Source: a virus
Length of the DNA stretch: 39,901 bases
Virus record (IMG/VR): IMGVR_UViG_3300031565_000128
Reading direction: 5' to 3' (one strand)
Positions 21,464-30,362 of this stretch are shown in pieces. Both the position numbers and the translations under genes were made by a program. Numbering within the stretch: the first letter of the stretch is position 1; the number at the start of each line of letters is the position of its first letter. The notes below the pieces were generated by a model. That model did not search any database and was not told where the DNA came from. It saw only the letters and a list, made by a program, of their open reading frames with translations.

Positions 21464-21640
21464 TTACTTCCCTTTAGGCTTGTCGCCGTCTTTTGATAAG
21501 CGCTCTAGCATCCTCACTTCACCATCTAATCTTAGAGCTTCCTGGATAAGATTCCGCCTTTGCTGCCCCATTTCATTGATTTGAGCTACTATCTCCTCTC
21601 TTCTATGCTTGGTTTCTGCTAGTTCCTTTGTGATGTCCAT
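21464..21640 (-). CDS. Small coiled-coil protein (58 aa, not in ORF track)
   Basis: ATG 21640 has SD AAGGAGGAAC. Translation is MDITKELAETKHRREEIVAQINEMGQQRRNLIQEALRLDGEVRMLERLSKDGDKPKGK. Its stop abuts the next ATG. Confidence 0.45.
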   Translation of the reverse strand: MDITKELAETKHRREEIVAQINEMGQQRRNLIQEALRLDGEVRMLERLSKDGDKPKGK

Positions 21641-21648
21641 GTTCCTCC

Positions 21649-22557
21649 TTATGTTCCTTCAAAAGCTCTTTCATTCCCGCTACTGTCTATGTAGCAATAA
21701 TGAGTTCCCAACATTGGCGATTTAGTGTTTATGGAAATTTGGTATGGAGCCTTACCAGTAAGTCCAGTCAGTGTTCCAAGTATTCGCCGAACTTTTCCTA
21801 GATAATCAGTGTAATACTGATAATCACCATATACCCATGCCTGATAAGGGTCTCCATCAGGGTCGCCAGTAAGAGTTCCTTCCTTTGTTCTCTTGGTATA
21901 AGATGCATCAATATAAGCGAATTTAGTTTCTTCTATCCATAAATAGAAAGGAGTTTTATAGCCTGGGTTAGCATTTATCCAAATCTCTGTTTTAAGAGGA
22001 TTGGTAGCATAGGCAACATAACAAGTACCACTAGAGTCACTAGAAGGGGGGAATACAGTAGCAAGCATACCTATCCTTGCTACACCTCCTCTCTTTGACT
22101 CAAGGTAAGCTATTCCTCTCTCATTGAACACTCCCATCCATTTAGCTGTGCTATCATTTACGACTGGGCAGGTGAATGTACCAATAATCTTATCAGGGTC
22201 ATTATAAGGTACAGTTCTTATCTTCCCATACATAAGATGGTCATGTAAAGCGTGCCCATCCATGTTTACTAACCATCCCTGAACCCAACCTCCGTTAGAG
22301 CAGTAAACTCCATATCCAACAATGTAAGCACTAATAACTTCTTCATCTGGGATAGTCTTTGTGTTGAAACATACCCTATAGATTCGCCAATAATCACTAT
22401 GTGGTGTAAACCCCATGCTTCTGTTAGTAGGTGGGTATCCCCAATACATATAATCAATCGCACTTCCTGTGTAATAGAAAACATCATCATATGTGGGACA
22501 ATCAGGGTCTCCATACTTACCATAACCATAAAGTTCATTTAATATTGTAATAGACAT
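21649..22557 (-). CDS. Hypothetical tail-module protein (Tyr/Trp/Gly-rich, possible receptor-binding protein)
   Basis: 302 aa, distal in the tail gene block, with an aromatic-rich composition. No motif recognised. Confidence 0.4.
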   Translation of the reverse strand: MSITILNELYGYGKYGDPDCPTYDDVFYYTGSAIDYMYWGYPPTNRSMGFTPHSDYWRIYRVCFNTKTIPDEEVISAYIVGYGVYCSNGGWVQGWLVNMDGHALHDHLMYGKIRTVPYNDPDKIIGTFTCPVVNDSTAKWMGVFNERGIAYLESKRGGVARIGMLATVFPPSSDSSGTCYVAYATNPLKTEIWINANPGYKTPFYLWIEETKFAYIDASYTKRTKEGTLTGDPDGDPYQAWVYGDYQYYTDYLGKVRRILGTLTGLTGKAPYQISINTKSPMLGTHYCYIDSSGNERAFEGT

Positions 22558-22564
22558 TTATTTC

Positions 22565-24730
22565 CTAGTCATACATATCAGTCCCACCTGGGATTGTGAG
22601 CCTGGACTTGAAGTAGCCACCTTTGAATTGATGGCTAGGAGAGCCTAAACTATCTGTATTATTAGATGCAGGGCGAATGACATCTGTGCTACTGTCAAGT
22701 ACAATATCTACATCACCTGTGGAAATTATATAAAGTCCATCTGCGTGTGCATATATCCCCCCTCTTAGAATATTGTCACCATCCGTGAACCTCAAGGCAG
22801 CACCAGAAATAGTAAGGTAGAGGGAATCTAATTTAATAGCACCACCCCCAGCATAGATAGCTCCATCCGAACCTACATAACACTGGATAACTCCTGCTCC
22901 ATAGGTTTTCAATCCTGTGGCATCAAGAACAACCGCCCCAGCCCCGGCATACAGCTTTCCATCCGTCCCGATGTAAACTTGAACAGGCGTGCCAGCCTCG
23001 TAATCTTCTTCCGTGGCAAAAGTCCTGAAGGCGTTAATCCCTTCACCGCCGTAGAGTGCTATCCCATAGGTAGCATCTAATACTACTCCGCTTTCCTCGT
23101 ACCATAGCCCGTCCTTTTCTGTCTTGGATAGGAGAATCTTGCCTGCTGAAATACTGGTAGCCAAAGTTAGCCCATAAGTTCCCTCTTGAACTTCGTCTAA
23201 AACAACTAAGCCATCGGCTGTTAAAGAAGTTGATTTTAGCTCTCTATAAATCGTAGCCCTGCCGAACTGCTCCAACTGTGCAGGCGTGGCTTCTGCCCAC
23301 GAACTGCCATTCCATATCATTACCTTGTTCGGAGTGTAGTTTGTGTCCAGCCAGAAGTCGCCGGTGTCTTTGTCCGTTGGTGCTGAGTCTTGCTTCCACA
23401 GGTTATGCTTTGCCTCACCGGGTACTCTGATAGCATAAAGCACACTCTCAGATATAAAAACACCCGTAGCATCCAGGTGGAGGTAGTTTTGCCGAATATA
23501 GAGGTCTGGCCCATCCTGTATGTCGTCGAGGTAAGCGTATAATTGTCCAACCTGCAAGCTGGGGAAGTAATTGCCCGAATCGGTATAGGTCTCCAGTTTG
23601 TTAAGTAAGTCGCGGTACTTCAGCGTGTCCAGCCAGTTACCAAACCCGAAGGTCATTGTCCACTTGTCTTGGCCGAACCTTCTGTGAACATAGCCTAAGT
23701 TCCCAGCCCGGGCATCCCCCTGCCTCTGGTCGGTGACTAGCACATAATCAAAAACTTCAGCACCCACATTAAGCGGTACCTCAGCAGCACCCCGCTTGCT
23801 CCACATCTCAGCTTTGGCTATCAATGCCTCAGCTATGTCGTCAGCTTCGCCATCGTCTTTAAGTTTGGCCTGTATGTATGAGATTTTCTTTAATTCAGCA
23901 GGTAAAGAGGCATAATCGGAAGTCGAAGCCACACCCAGGTATTGAGGGTCGTCGTCCTCATAGGATATGACATAGACTCTGCTCGGGATAACTAAAGTGT
24001 TTCGATACGCCTTAGAGAAAAACTTATGCCCGGCCTCAAGCGAGTATTCGTAATCGTATGTCTCCCCGCTTGTGACCGGCTTTAGTATGTGAACTTTACC
24101 ATCGGCCTCCCATCGAGCCACATTTGAAGTGTAGTCCAGTAATCGCCTTATAGCAGCGAGCCTGTTCCCGCCAACATAGACTCTAAATCCACCCTTCGGC
24201 TTATAGGTGTCAGCCAGAGCATCATAGCCCTCATCCCATTCTACCTCGAAGGCGTTGCAATGGCCGTAACAATCTAAGGTTTTTCCTAGAACGGCATCTA
24301 CTAAGTCCTTGACTGTGTTCTCGTCATCGTCTTCTGGAATGTACATTTGATTAGCCTGGTCATCAGCCATCAGGTCAAAGGCGCCGCATAATTCTAGTGT
24401 GCAGATTAGTTTGTTCGGATCCGAATCAAACTCCTGGTCTATAACCCATACCGGAGCAGTGGCAGAATACTCCTCGCCGGCACTGGTCAATACTCCGTAT
24501 GAAATTACTCCCTTGAACCCCTTGAGGTCTATATCGTCTAGGGCACTGTCGTAGTTATTCAGAACGATTGTCGCCCGGTGGGAATATGGCTCTTCGTCAT
24601 GTGCTGAAGGTAAAATGCGTTCCTTGTCGTAAGTGTATGTGGTAGATCCCTTCGTCAAGACGATTTTATACAGAGCCTTGACAAAAGTAGACTGTTGAGC
24701 CGATTGTAAGGTATCTGAAATTGTCCTCAT
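22565..24730 (-). CDS. Large tail protein / tail-fibre-like protein
   Basis: 721 aa. The C-terminal third has Gly-rich repeats (KLYAGAGAVVLDATGL, AIYAGGGAIKLDSL, GIALYGGEGI) typical of fibre or spike shafts. Its position is in the tail module. Confidence 0.5.
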   Translation of the reverse strand: MRTISDTLQSAQQSTFVKALYKIVLTKGSTTYTYDKERILPSAHDEEPYSHRATIVLNNYDSALDDIDLKGFKGVISYGVLTSAGEEYSATAPVWVIDQEFDSDPNKLICTLELCGAFDLMADDQANQMYIPEDDDENTVKDLVDAVLGKTLDCYGHCNAFEVEWDEGYDALADTYKPKGGFRVYVGGNRLAAIRRLLDYTSNVARWEADGKVHILKPVTSGETYDYEYSLEAGHKFFSKAYRNTLVIPSRVYVISYEDDDPQYLGVASTSDYASLPAELKKISYIQAKLKDDGEADDIAEALIAKAEMWSKRGAAEVPLNVGAEVFDYVLVTDQRQGDARAGNLGYVHRRFGQDKWTMTFGFGNWLDTLKYRDLLNKLETYTDSGNYFPSLQVGQLYAYLDDIQDGPDLYIRQNYLHLDATGVFISESVLYAIRVPGEAKHNLWKQDSAPTDKDTGDFWLDTNYTPNKVMIWNGSSWAEATPAQLEQFGRATIYRELKSTSLTADGLVVLDEVQEGTYGLTLATSISAGKILLSKTEKDGLWYEESGVVLDATYGIALYGGEGINAFRTFATEEDYEAGTPVQVYIGTDGKLYAGAGAVVLDATGLKTYGAGVIQCYVGSDGAIYAGGGAIKLDSLYLTISGAALRFTDGDNILRGGIYAHADGLYIISTGDVDIVLDSSTDVIRPASNNTDSLGSPSHQFKGGYFKSRLTIPGGTDMYD

Positions 24731-25026
24731 TTTAGCTCAAACGAACCCTCGCATATCACATATTTAACTTCTGCACCGGTCCCGTCCTGGCTCTTGCAAA
24801 AATATCTCCAGCATCCTTTGACGTCATCATCTTCACTATTGTAGTAATAGACAAGTTCCCCTGCCGAGCTTTCAGACATTGGTTGAGCAGTTACCTTCAC
24901 AGTACCCGCAGGGTCGGTGAGAGTTACCTTAACCCCGTTATCGGGAGTGGTTTCGACCCCTTCCCAATCTTTGATATGACACCAAATTCCTATTGTCTCG
25001 CCTGCCTGGAATGTGTTAATGTTCAT
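24727..25026 (-). CDS. Small beta-rich hypothetical tail-module protein (99 aa)
   Basis: There are ATGA overlaps at both ends. The beta-strand-like pattern is VKVTLTDPAGTVKVTAQP. Confidence 0.45.
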   Translation of the reverse strand: MNINTFQAGETIGIWCHIKDWEGVETTPDNGVKVTLTDPAGTVKVTAQPMSESSAGELVYYYNSEDDDVKGCWRYFCKSQDGTGAEVKYVICEGSFELK

Positions 25027-25466
25027 GACTTGACCTCCCTTGTTTCTGTGGAAATATCTCTATACGGCTTGGTTTCTACGACCATATTGAGATAAGGGCG
25101 CTGAAAGAGCCACATCTTTAGGCGCCTGCCTGCTCCCCAGATTAGCCCGCCTATGAAGCTAACAGCTCCGCCTACAACTTTTGCTGTTGCTTTAATGAGA
25201 CTCCCCGCGAAGGTAATAGCTCCATTCATGGTCTTTGAGGTTGCTTTAACTAGGCTTCCCGCTAATGTCAATGTGCCAGATGGAAGTTTCCCTATGTATT
25301 TACTTAAAACCGCAGTAAGCGTTAATGCCCCGCTGATATTCTTAGTTATACTTTTGGTAGCTGAGCCCGCAAAACTGAGAGCACCATCTAGTGCTTTTTG
25401 TATTAACCCTGCCTCATCAAACGCTACCTCATCAAAACAAGCTAAATCAAAAACTGCTTGAGCCAT
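25023..25466 (-). CDS. 18-residue-repeat protein (5 units) with conserved C-terminal RPYL..ETKPYRD tag
   Basis: The units are GALSFAGSATKSITKNIS, GALTLTAVLSKYIGKLPS, GTLTLAGSLVKATSKTMN, GAITFAGSLIKATAKVVG and GAVSFIGGLIW. The tail is LFQRPYLNMVVETKPYRDISTE. Confidence 0.6.
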   Translation of the reverse strand: MAQAVFDLACFDEVAFDEAGLIQKALDGALSFAGSATKSITKNISGALTLTAVLSKYIGKLPSGTLTLAGSLVKATSKTMNGAITFAGSLIKATAKVVGGAVSFIGGLIWGAGRRLKMWLFQRPYLNMVVETKPYRDISTETREVKS

Positions 25467-25469
25467 TTT

Positions 25470-26435
25470 CTATCGGATAACGCCTCCATCAGCAGCGAGT
25501 TCATTGCCAGTAGTGCCTGTTGGCTGGGTGTCTTTTTTGCCAATCGCACCTCCACCTCTGGCATGGAGACCATATCGTTGCCCATTGCCAGTATTATTTC
25601 TCGATACCAAATGAGCACCATCAATATAAATACAATCCTTCACCACGTCAGTTCCAAAATCACAATCCCTGAAATAGACAAAACCACCCACTACGAATAC
25701 TGCAAAGTCCGCAGTAGCAGCAGGGCATCTCGGCTCCAGCTTATACATTGAGGTAATATCGGTACTAGAGCAGGCTCCCATACTTATAAGCTGAGTAGCT
25801 CGAAGATATTGGACTCTGTAATCACCAAGCATGGCTTTAAGCGTGATTTTATTTACTTCATGGTCGCCTGGGGTATCTGTATCTCCTCTAATCAATAAAA
25901 TTGCGCTGCCAGATATTGTCCGCCCTCTTATATCCACATCCTCTGCCATATCACCAATGATGCGGATAGTATAGCTATGTAGAAGAAACATCGGCACCAT
26001 GCTTTCAGCCTTCCCCCAGGTTTCAAAGGCATCGTCAGACGCTTCGCCACCATTGCCATCATCTCCACTCACTGAGTCTATATAATAAGTCTTACTGGCA
26101 GCAGAAAATAAAAGTATTGATATGCCATGAACGCCTGTGGTTAGGTCTGGATGAGCTTGAAGTTCAGCAATGATAGCTGCCGTTATATTGAGTTTAACTG
26201 CCTTACCAGACACATGAGCAGCAGCAGCCGTCCCTTCCTGTGCTCTGGTAACTGTGAGAACATCACCAGTTCGAGATGTGCATTTGGCTATCTCATCCTC
26301 ACAGGTAACATGAAAGTCGCCAGTAGTAGGGAATAAAGCCCCTTCGCCAGTGGCTACCGTTAGCGATAAATCACTATCAGATATGCCACTAGCCAGTGTT
26401 GAAACAGCACGGTTCTTAACTTTCAAAAATGCCAT
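25470..26435 (-). CDS. Tail fibre/tailspike-like protein (possible beta-helix)
   Basis: The N-terminal segment LTVATGEGALFPTTGDFHVTCEDEI...VTRAQEGTAAAAHVSG is common at the N-termini of phage fibre proteins. The C-terminal half is Gly/Asp/Thr-rich and beta-helix-like. Confidence 0.45.
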   Translation of the reverse strand: MAFLKVKNRAVSTLASGISDSDLSLTVATGEGALFPTTGDFHVTCEDEIAKCTSRTGDVLTVTRAQEGTAAAAHVSGKAVKLNITAAIIAELQAHPDLTTGVHGISILLFSAASKTYYIDSVSGDDGNGGEASDDAFETWGKAESMVPMFLLHSYTIRIIGDMAEDVDIRGRTISGSAILLIRGDTDTPGDHEVNKITLKAMLGDYRVQYLRATQLISMGACSSTDITSMYKLEPRCPAATADFAVFVVGGFVYFRDCDFGTDVVKDCIYIDGAHLVSRNNTGNGQRYGLHARGGGAIGKKDTQPTGTTGNELAADGGVIR

Positions 26436-26447
26436 AATTTATCTCCT

Positions 26448-28127
26448 TTAATCATCCTTCGACTCTACCGACATATCCCTGTAAGGTTTGGTTTCTGTGG
26501 ACATATCAAGGTAAGGACGATGAAAAAGCCTCACTTTGAGGTCTCGCCCGAATGAGGGTAGTATTCCCACAAGGGATAGAGCCCCACTTACAATCTTAGA
26601 GGTCATCTTCTGAAGTAATCCTGTGATTGTGAGCGTTCCGTGCATGAGTTTCCTTGCATACTTGGTCGTTATGCCCACGCTGGTTAATAAGCCACTCAGA
26701 TTCTTGCCTGTGTTTCTGATAACCGACCCCGCAGAGGTTAGAGTCCCATTGATTGCCACGAAAAAGCCTTTTGTTAATCCGCCCGCCAGGGTGAGGTCTC
26801 CTGCTAGATTCTTGCTGACTTGCTTAACGAGTGTTCCTGCTGAGGTTAAATTCCCCACCAGGTGTGCGCCTATGCTCTCAAATGTTGCTATTACTATTCC
26901 AGAGGGGCTTATTGCCCCAGCGACAGTCTTGTAGATGTTCCTTGTTAATGCTCCTGCCGGGCTGATAGCTCCTGTCATTACCTTCCCTGGTAATTTAGAT
27001 ATAGCCCCAGCGAAAGACAGAACACCCGCTACTGCCTTTGAGGTCATCTTAATTAAAGCCCCGGACGATGTGAGCGTTCCCACCAGTAACTTAAAGTCCT
27101 TTTGGTAGAGAATCCCGACAAAGGAAATAAAGCCTCCCCCTACATTCTTTGCTATTTGCCTTGAGATTGCCCCAGCAGGAGAAAGAGTCCCTTGTGCTGA
27201 AACTACCCTTATCAGCCAGGCTAAAACCGAACCTTGAAATGATAATGCACCACTTACGGCTTGGGGTATTGCTTCCCCACTCTCTGTCCCTGTGCCATAG
27301 AGGGAGAGAATGGCATTATATGTAAAAAAGGTCACACTGGAGCATGGGATTTGGTCTGCACTCTTAGTCCAAGAATTTCCTCCAGCATCCTTCTCAATTT
27401 TACCACCTGAGAAATAAACGCCAATATCGTCATCAGTAGAGACATCCATATCGAGACCCGTAAAATCCCGATAGCCTGATGATACAGTTCCCAGAGTTTC
27501 AGAGTCCCTAGTAGAAAATACATCACTACCCTCATCTATGAAAGTGGCAACCTCTGTGTCATACATAATGGTGTTCGAGTATATCTCTATGGTATCTATC
27601 GTTCCAGTAGCGTTAGCGGGATTGTTACCATCTATTAAAGTCATGGGGCCCGCCACGTTTTGTTCTCTGTCAATCGCTGCACTCCCCACATCAATAGTCC
27701 CCTTCTCGCCTATATTGAGGTTTTGAGGGGGGACTTTTGAGACACCTACCTGGAACTCTTGAACCCGTGAGAGGATATTCTGGACTTTACCTTCATTAGC
27801 TTTAAGGTTTTCAGGCTCGCCTTTGATGAAAGGGCATCTTACCTGTCCAGCTTGAGACGGGACTTTCTTCCACTCGTCTATGAATTTAAGTTCTTTGTCC
27901 CAGCAATGCTGATGGAAGGCGTAGAAGTAGTTAAGACACTTCTCTATCTCTGCCTTGATGTCGGCATCAGAGGCATCCTTATCAGGATAGATAAAATGGG
28001 AATGAAAAGGGCTATCAGGGCATCTCTCATAGTTAGGGTCATTGGGACTCAAAAAGAAATCAAGCCGTAGCTTCGCCCTATTCTTATGTATTCCGCAACC
28101 AGATTTATTTATTGCAACATAAGACAT
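26448..28127 (-). CDS. Tail-module protein with about 13 x 18-residue repeats and an RPYL..ETKPYRD C-terminal tag
   Basis: Residues from about 293 onward follow G-x-L-(S/T)-x-x-G-x-(L/I)-x-K-x-x-x-K-x-(L/V)-x, for example GTLTSSGALIKMTSKAVA, GVLSFAGAISKLPGKVMT and GAISPAGALTRNIYKTVA. The tail is LFHRPYLDMSTETKPYRDMSVE. Confidence 0.6.
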   Translation of the reverse strand: MSYVAINKSGCGIHKNRAKLRLDFFLSPNDPNYERCPDSPFHSHFIYPDKDASDADIKAEIEKCLNYFYAFHQHCWDKELKFIDEWKKVPSQAGQVRCPFIKGEPENLKANEGKVQNILSRVQEFQVGVSKVPPQNLNIGEKGTIDVGSAAIDREQNVAGPMTLIDGNNPANATGTIDTIEIYSNTIMYDTEVATFIDEGSDVFSTRDSETLGTVSSGYRDFTGLDMDVSTDDDIGVYFSGGKIEKDAGGNSWTKSADQIPCSSVTFFTYNAILSLYGTGTESGEAIPQAVSGALSFQGSVLAWLIRVVSAQGTLSPAGAISRQIAKNVGGGFISFVGILYQKDFKLLVGTLTSSGALIKMTSKAVAGVLSFAGAISKLPGKVMTGAISPAGALTRNIYKTVAGAISPSGIVIATFESIGAHLVGNLTSAGTLVKQVSKNLAGDLTLAGGLTKGFFVAINGTLTSAGSVIRNTGKNLSGLLTSVGITTKYARKLMHGTLTITGLLQKMTSKIVSGALSLVGILPSFGRDLKVRLFHRPYLDMSTETKPYRDMSVESKDD

Positions 28128-28138
28128 TCAATTTCCTT

Positions 28139-28161
28139 AAAAAAGAGGGCGTTTAGCCCCC
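28139..28161 (-). terminator. Intrinsic terminator after the HNH cassette, inside the late unit
   Basis: Minus strand reads GGGGGC-TAAAC-GCCCTC (one G-U pair) followed by TTTTTT. It lies 11 nt before the next gene start. Confidence 0.6.
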
Positions 28162-28184
28162 TGCTTTGTGTGTGGTTATTTTAT

Positions 28185-28778
28185 TTAACTTGATAAGAAG
28201 TTCTGAATTACCTGTTTAGCTTCTTGGGTATGTTCTAATGCCCAAAGTCCAGCCAGGTAATCTATCAAGCCTTGATGTTGAGCTTGTGTCATTACCACTA
28301 AATTCTCTGGGCGATTATCGAGTTTGTCGCCGTTTATATGATGGACAACCTCTTGTCTTGTTAGAGGTCGCCTGAGCATTTGCTCGGCAATCAACCGATG
28401 CTCAAGGATTCGTCTGCCATCTGGTTGCCAAATTACTGCATATCCCGCACTGTGCATACTCCGCCCATTCTTAGTCATAGCTGCACAGTGCCTTGAGCAA
28501 TAAATCTGGTCTCGGCTACCGGCACGCCCTCCAGTCTCAAATTCCTTACCACATCTGGGGCAAACTTTGATAATCCTTCGCTGTAATTCAGGACGGGGTT
28601 TGCCTCTCAAGTGTGCGTGCCCTTGCTTCATTCTTTCAATAGCTTCAGGAGTATGGTGATAAGTCCCCTTCAAGCCCTTGTTCCAGGGAATAAAACCTTT
28701 CTTGAAGGGTTGGCCTCTAGGTTGTGTTCCCTTCTTGAACTCAGTTTCTTTTGACCGATGTATTCCTTTCTTTGCCAT
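28185..28778 (-). CDS. HNH homing endonuclease
   Basis: HNH_3-like YAVIWQPDGRRILEHRLIAEQML...VVHHINGDKLDNRPENLVVM. N-terminal NUMOD-like repeats are KKGTQP and KKGFIPWNKGLKG. There is also a zinc ribbon, CPRCGKE...CSRHC. Confidence 0.85.
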   Translation of the reverse strand: MAKKGIHRSKETEFKKGTQPRGQPFKKGFIPWNKGLKGTYHHTPEAIERMKQGHAHLRGKPRPELQRRIIKVCPRCGKEFETGGRAGSRDQIYCSRHCAAMTKNGRSMHSAGYAVIWQPDGRRILEHRLIAEQMLRRPLTRQEVVHHINGDKLDNRPENLVVMTQAQHQGLIDYLAGLWALEHTQEAKQVIQNFLSS

Positions 28779-28796
28779 ATTACACCTCCTGTTAAT

Positions 28797-28825
28797 AGTG
28801 TATCATAACAAAGAAACGGTGTCAA
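28797..28825 (-). promoter_or_regulatory. Promoter of the HNH cassette (CACTTGACA -35, TGA-TACACT extended -10)
   Basis: Minus strand has TTGACA at 28825..28820, a 17-nt spacer, and TGATACACT with its hexamer at 28802..28797, followed by SD AGGAGGTG. Confidence 0.55.
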
Positions 28826-28833
28826 GTGTAAAC

Positions 28834-29370
28834 CTACCCTCCCGCAGCGACGGATAATTGATAGGTAAATTCGATTTTTTCTCCATTCCCCACATTTACC
28901 GCAGCAAACTTGCTCCTGTCCATCAGAGTCCCATCAGTAGAGGCATTGAACAAGCCGTGCTCAGTAATGGCAAAAGTGTCACCGTAGGTATGCGTAGCCA
29001 CTGACTTATAGATATTAGCAGTAGCCCCTTCTATTTGAGTTCCCGTGTCCCTTGCTTCACCACACGGAGTTCCAAGTGCAGTATCCGTTGTAGCTTCGGC
29101 AACAACTCCCGTTCCTGAATCGTGATATTTGAAGGTGCTATGCAGTGCCTCGCTTGCCTGTAGTTCATCCACCAGCAGAGCAACATAGGCATCGGTAACA
29201 CACCTTGTCGCCTTCCTTCTGTCCCTCTTAATTTCACGGCAGAGAACCCCATCCTGGGCGAGTATATTACCAGCCGAGTCAGGGACAAGATGCCTTGTCG
29301 TGAGAATAGCCTGAGCCGTCAGCTTTCCCCCCGTGCCGAATAAGTCCTGTATTTTCCTAACTAAGTTCAT
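28834..29370 (-). CDS. Hypothetical virion-module protein (178 aa)
   Basis: SD AAAGGAGGG. It lies between the head and tail genes. No motif recognised. Confidence 0.45.
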   Translation of the reverse strand: MNLVRKIQDLFGTGGKLTAQAILTTRHLVPDSAGNILAQDGVLCREIKRDRRKATRCVTDAYVALLVDELQASEALHSTFKYHDSGTGVVAEATTDTALGTPCGEARDTGTQIEGATANIYKSVATHTYGDTFAITEHGLFNASTDGTLMDRSKFAAVNVGNGEKIEFTYQLSVAAGG

Positions 29371-29393
29371 TGTTCCCTCCTTTAATCTCTTGC

Positions 29394-30191
29394 TTAAAAT
29401 TTCCAGGCTTTCGCCGGAGTGATTGAATCGAGTCCTTTCTGATAAATTGTGTAGTGTTCATTTGCCCACTTGTGATACCAATTCACTGTATTAGGCACTA
29501 TTTGGTCTCGCATATTGTTGAGCCATGAGCGAGCAGTTAAAGCGACAGCACCATCTACTAAGACTTTCTCTAAATCAGCAGTCAAAGTAGATGCCGATTC
29601 GGTCAACTGGTGAACCTTATGACAGTAAAGGAAAACCTCATCACCGTCAGCCGGTTCAGAGTCAACCTTTAGGGTTACAATGTCGCCAAAAACCTCAACA
29701 TCTTTCTTGTCTCGTGGCCACTGCCTTGTGGGATATTCAGCCTTTTCTACCTTTTCCCCTATTAAGCCCGTTATTGAGCTTATATTGAGGTCTCTGCCAT
29801 TCGTTCCCCCATAACAATACAGGGTATAGGATTCACCGCTTGCCATGATGTCGGTATCCAGCGTCAGGTCGGATTCTGAGTTATATTCAGTTACCTTAGC
29901 TGTGGTCTTGTCGGTGCTGTTATAGACAGTCTTGCCAACATCTCCGGCTACGAATTGGGCGTTTACCGTATCAATGAGATGGTTAGCCGTTGTCGCCGTG
30001 GCCGTGCCTGATTTATTGCTGGCATACACTATTTCCTTAACCCCGTAAGGTCTCCTCTTGGAGATGTCCTCTAGGGCCTCGCTGATATGCAAGTCCAGCT
30101 CATCATCGGCAAACTCATAGGTATTGCCGGTATATTCATCTCTAAGAAACTGCCTCACTATCCCGCGAATTGCTGATAAAGTCTTTGCCAT
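29394..30191 (-). CDS. Hypothetical virion-module protein (possible head-tail adaptor)
   Basis: 265 aa. The N-terminal LSAIRGIVRQFLRDE...FADDELDLHISEALEDIS resembles the adaptor/connector N-termini that follow capsid genes. This is a weak call based on position. Confidence 0.35.
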   Translation of the reverse strand: MAKTLSAIRGIVRQFLRDEYTGNTYEFADDELDLHISEALEDISKRRPYGVKEIVYASNKSGTATATTANHLIDTVNAQFVAGDVGKTVYNSTDKTTAKVTEYNSESDLTLDTDIMASGESYTLYCYGGTNGRDLNISSITGLIGEKVEKAEYPTRQWPRDKKDVEVFGDIVTLKVDSEPADGDEVFLYCHKVHQLTESASTLTADLEKVLVDGAVALTARSWLNNMRDQIVPNTVNWYHKWANEHYTIYQKGLDSITPAKAWKF

Positions 30192-30198
30192 GGTTCAC

Positions 30199-30360
30199 CT
30201 ACTCTTTTTCGACTGGTCCCTTGCACCACTCACTTAACTTTTCTTCGCTCATAGAATCTGCCATCTCAGCAGCCTGAGCGCTGTATGATCTTGGGGTTTC
30301 CCCGTGCTTTATGGCAAGAGCGATGCAGGCAAGTGTCTTTTGATTTTCACTTACAGGCAT
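30199..30360 (-). CDS. Small DUF3008-like protein (53 aa)
   Basis: Preferred start is ATG 30360 (MPVSENQKTLACIALAIKHGE...) with SD AAAGGAGGT. The pattern A..A.KHGE...MA.SMSEEKL.EW resembles DUF3008. Confidence 0.45.
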   Translation of the reverse strand: MPVSENQKTLACIALAIKHGETPRSYSAQAAEMADSMSEEKLSEWCKGPVEKE

Positions 30361-30362
30361 AT

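Noticed and set aside
22565-28127. A diversity-generating retroelement acting on the repetitive tail genes.
   Set aside because: No reverse transcriptase gene exists in the genome. I could not find a near-identical template/variable DNA repeat pair. The two repeat proteins are similar only at the protein level.
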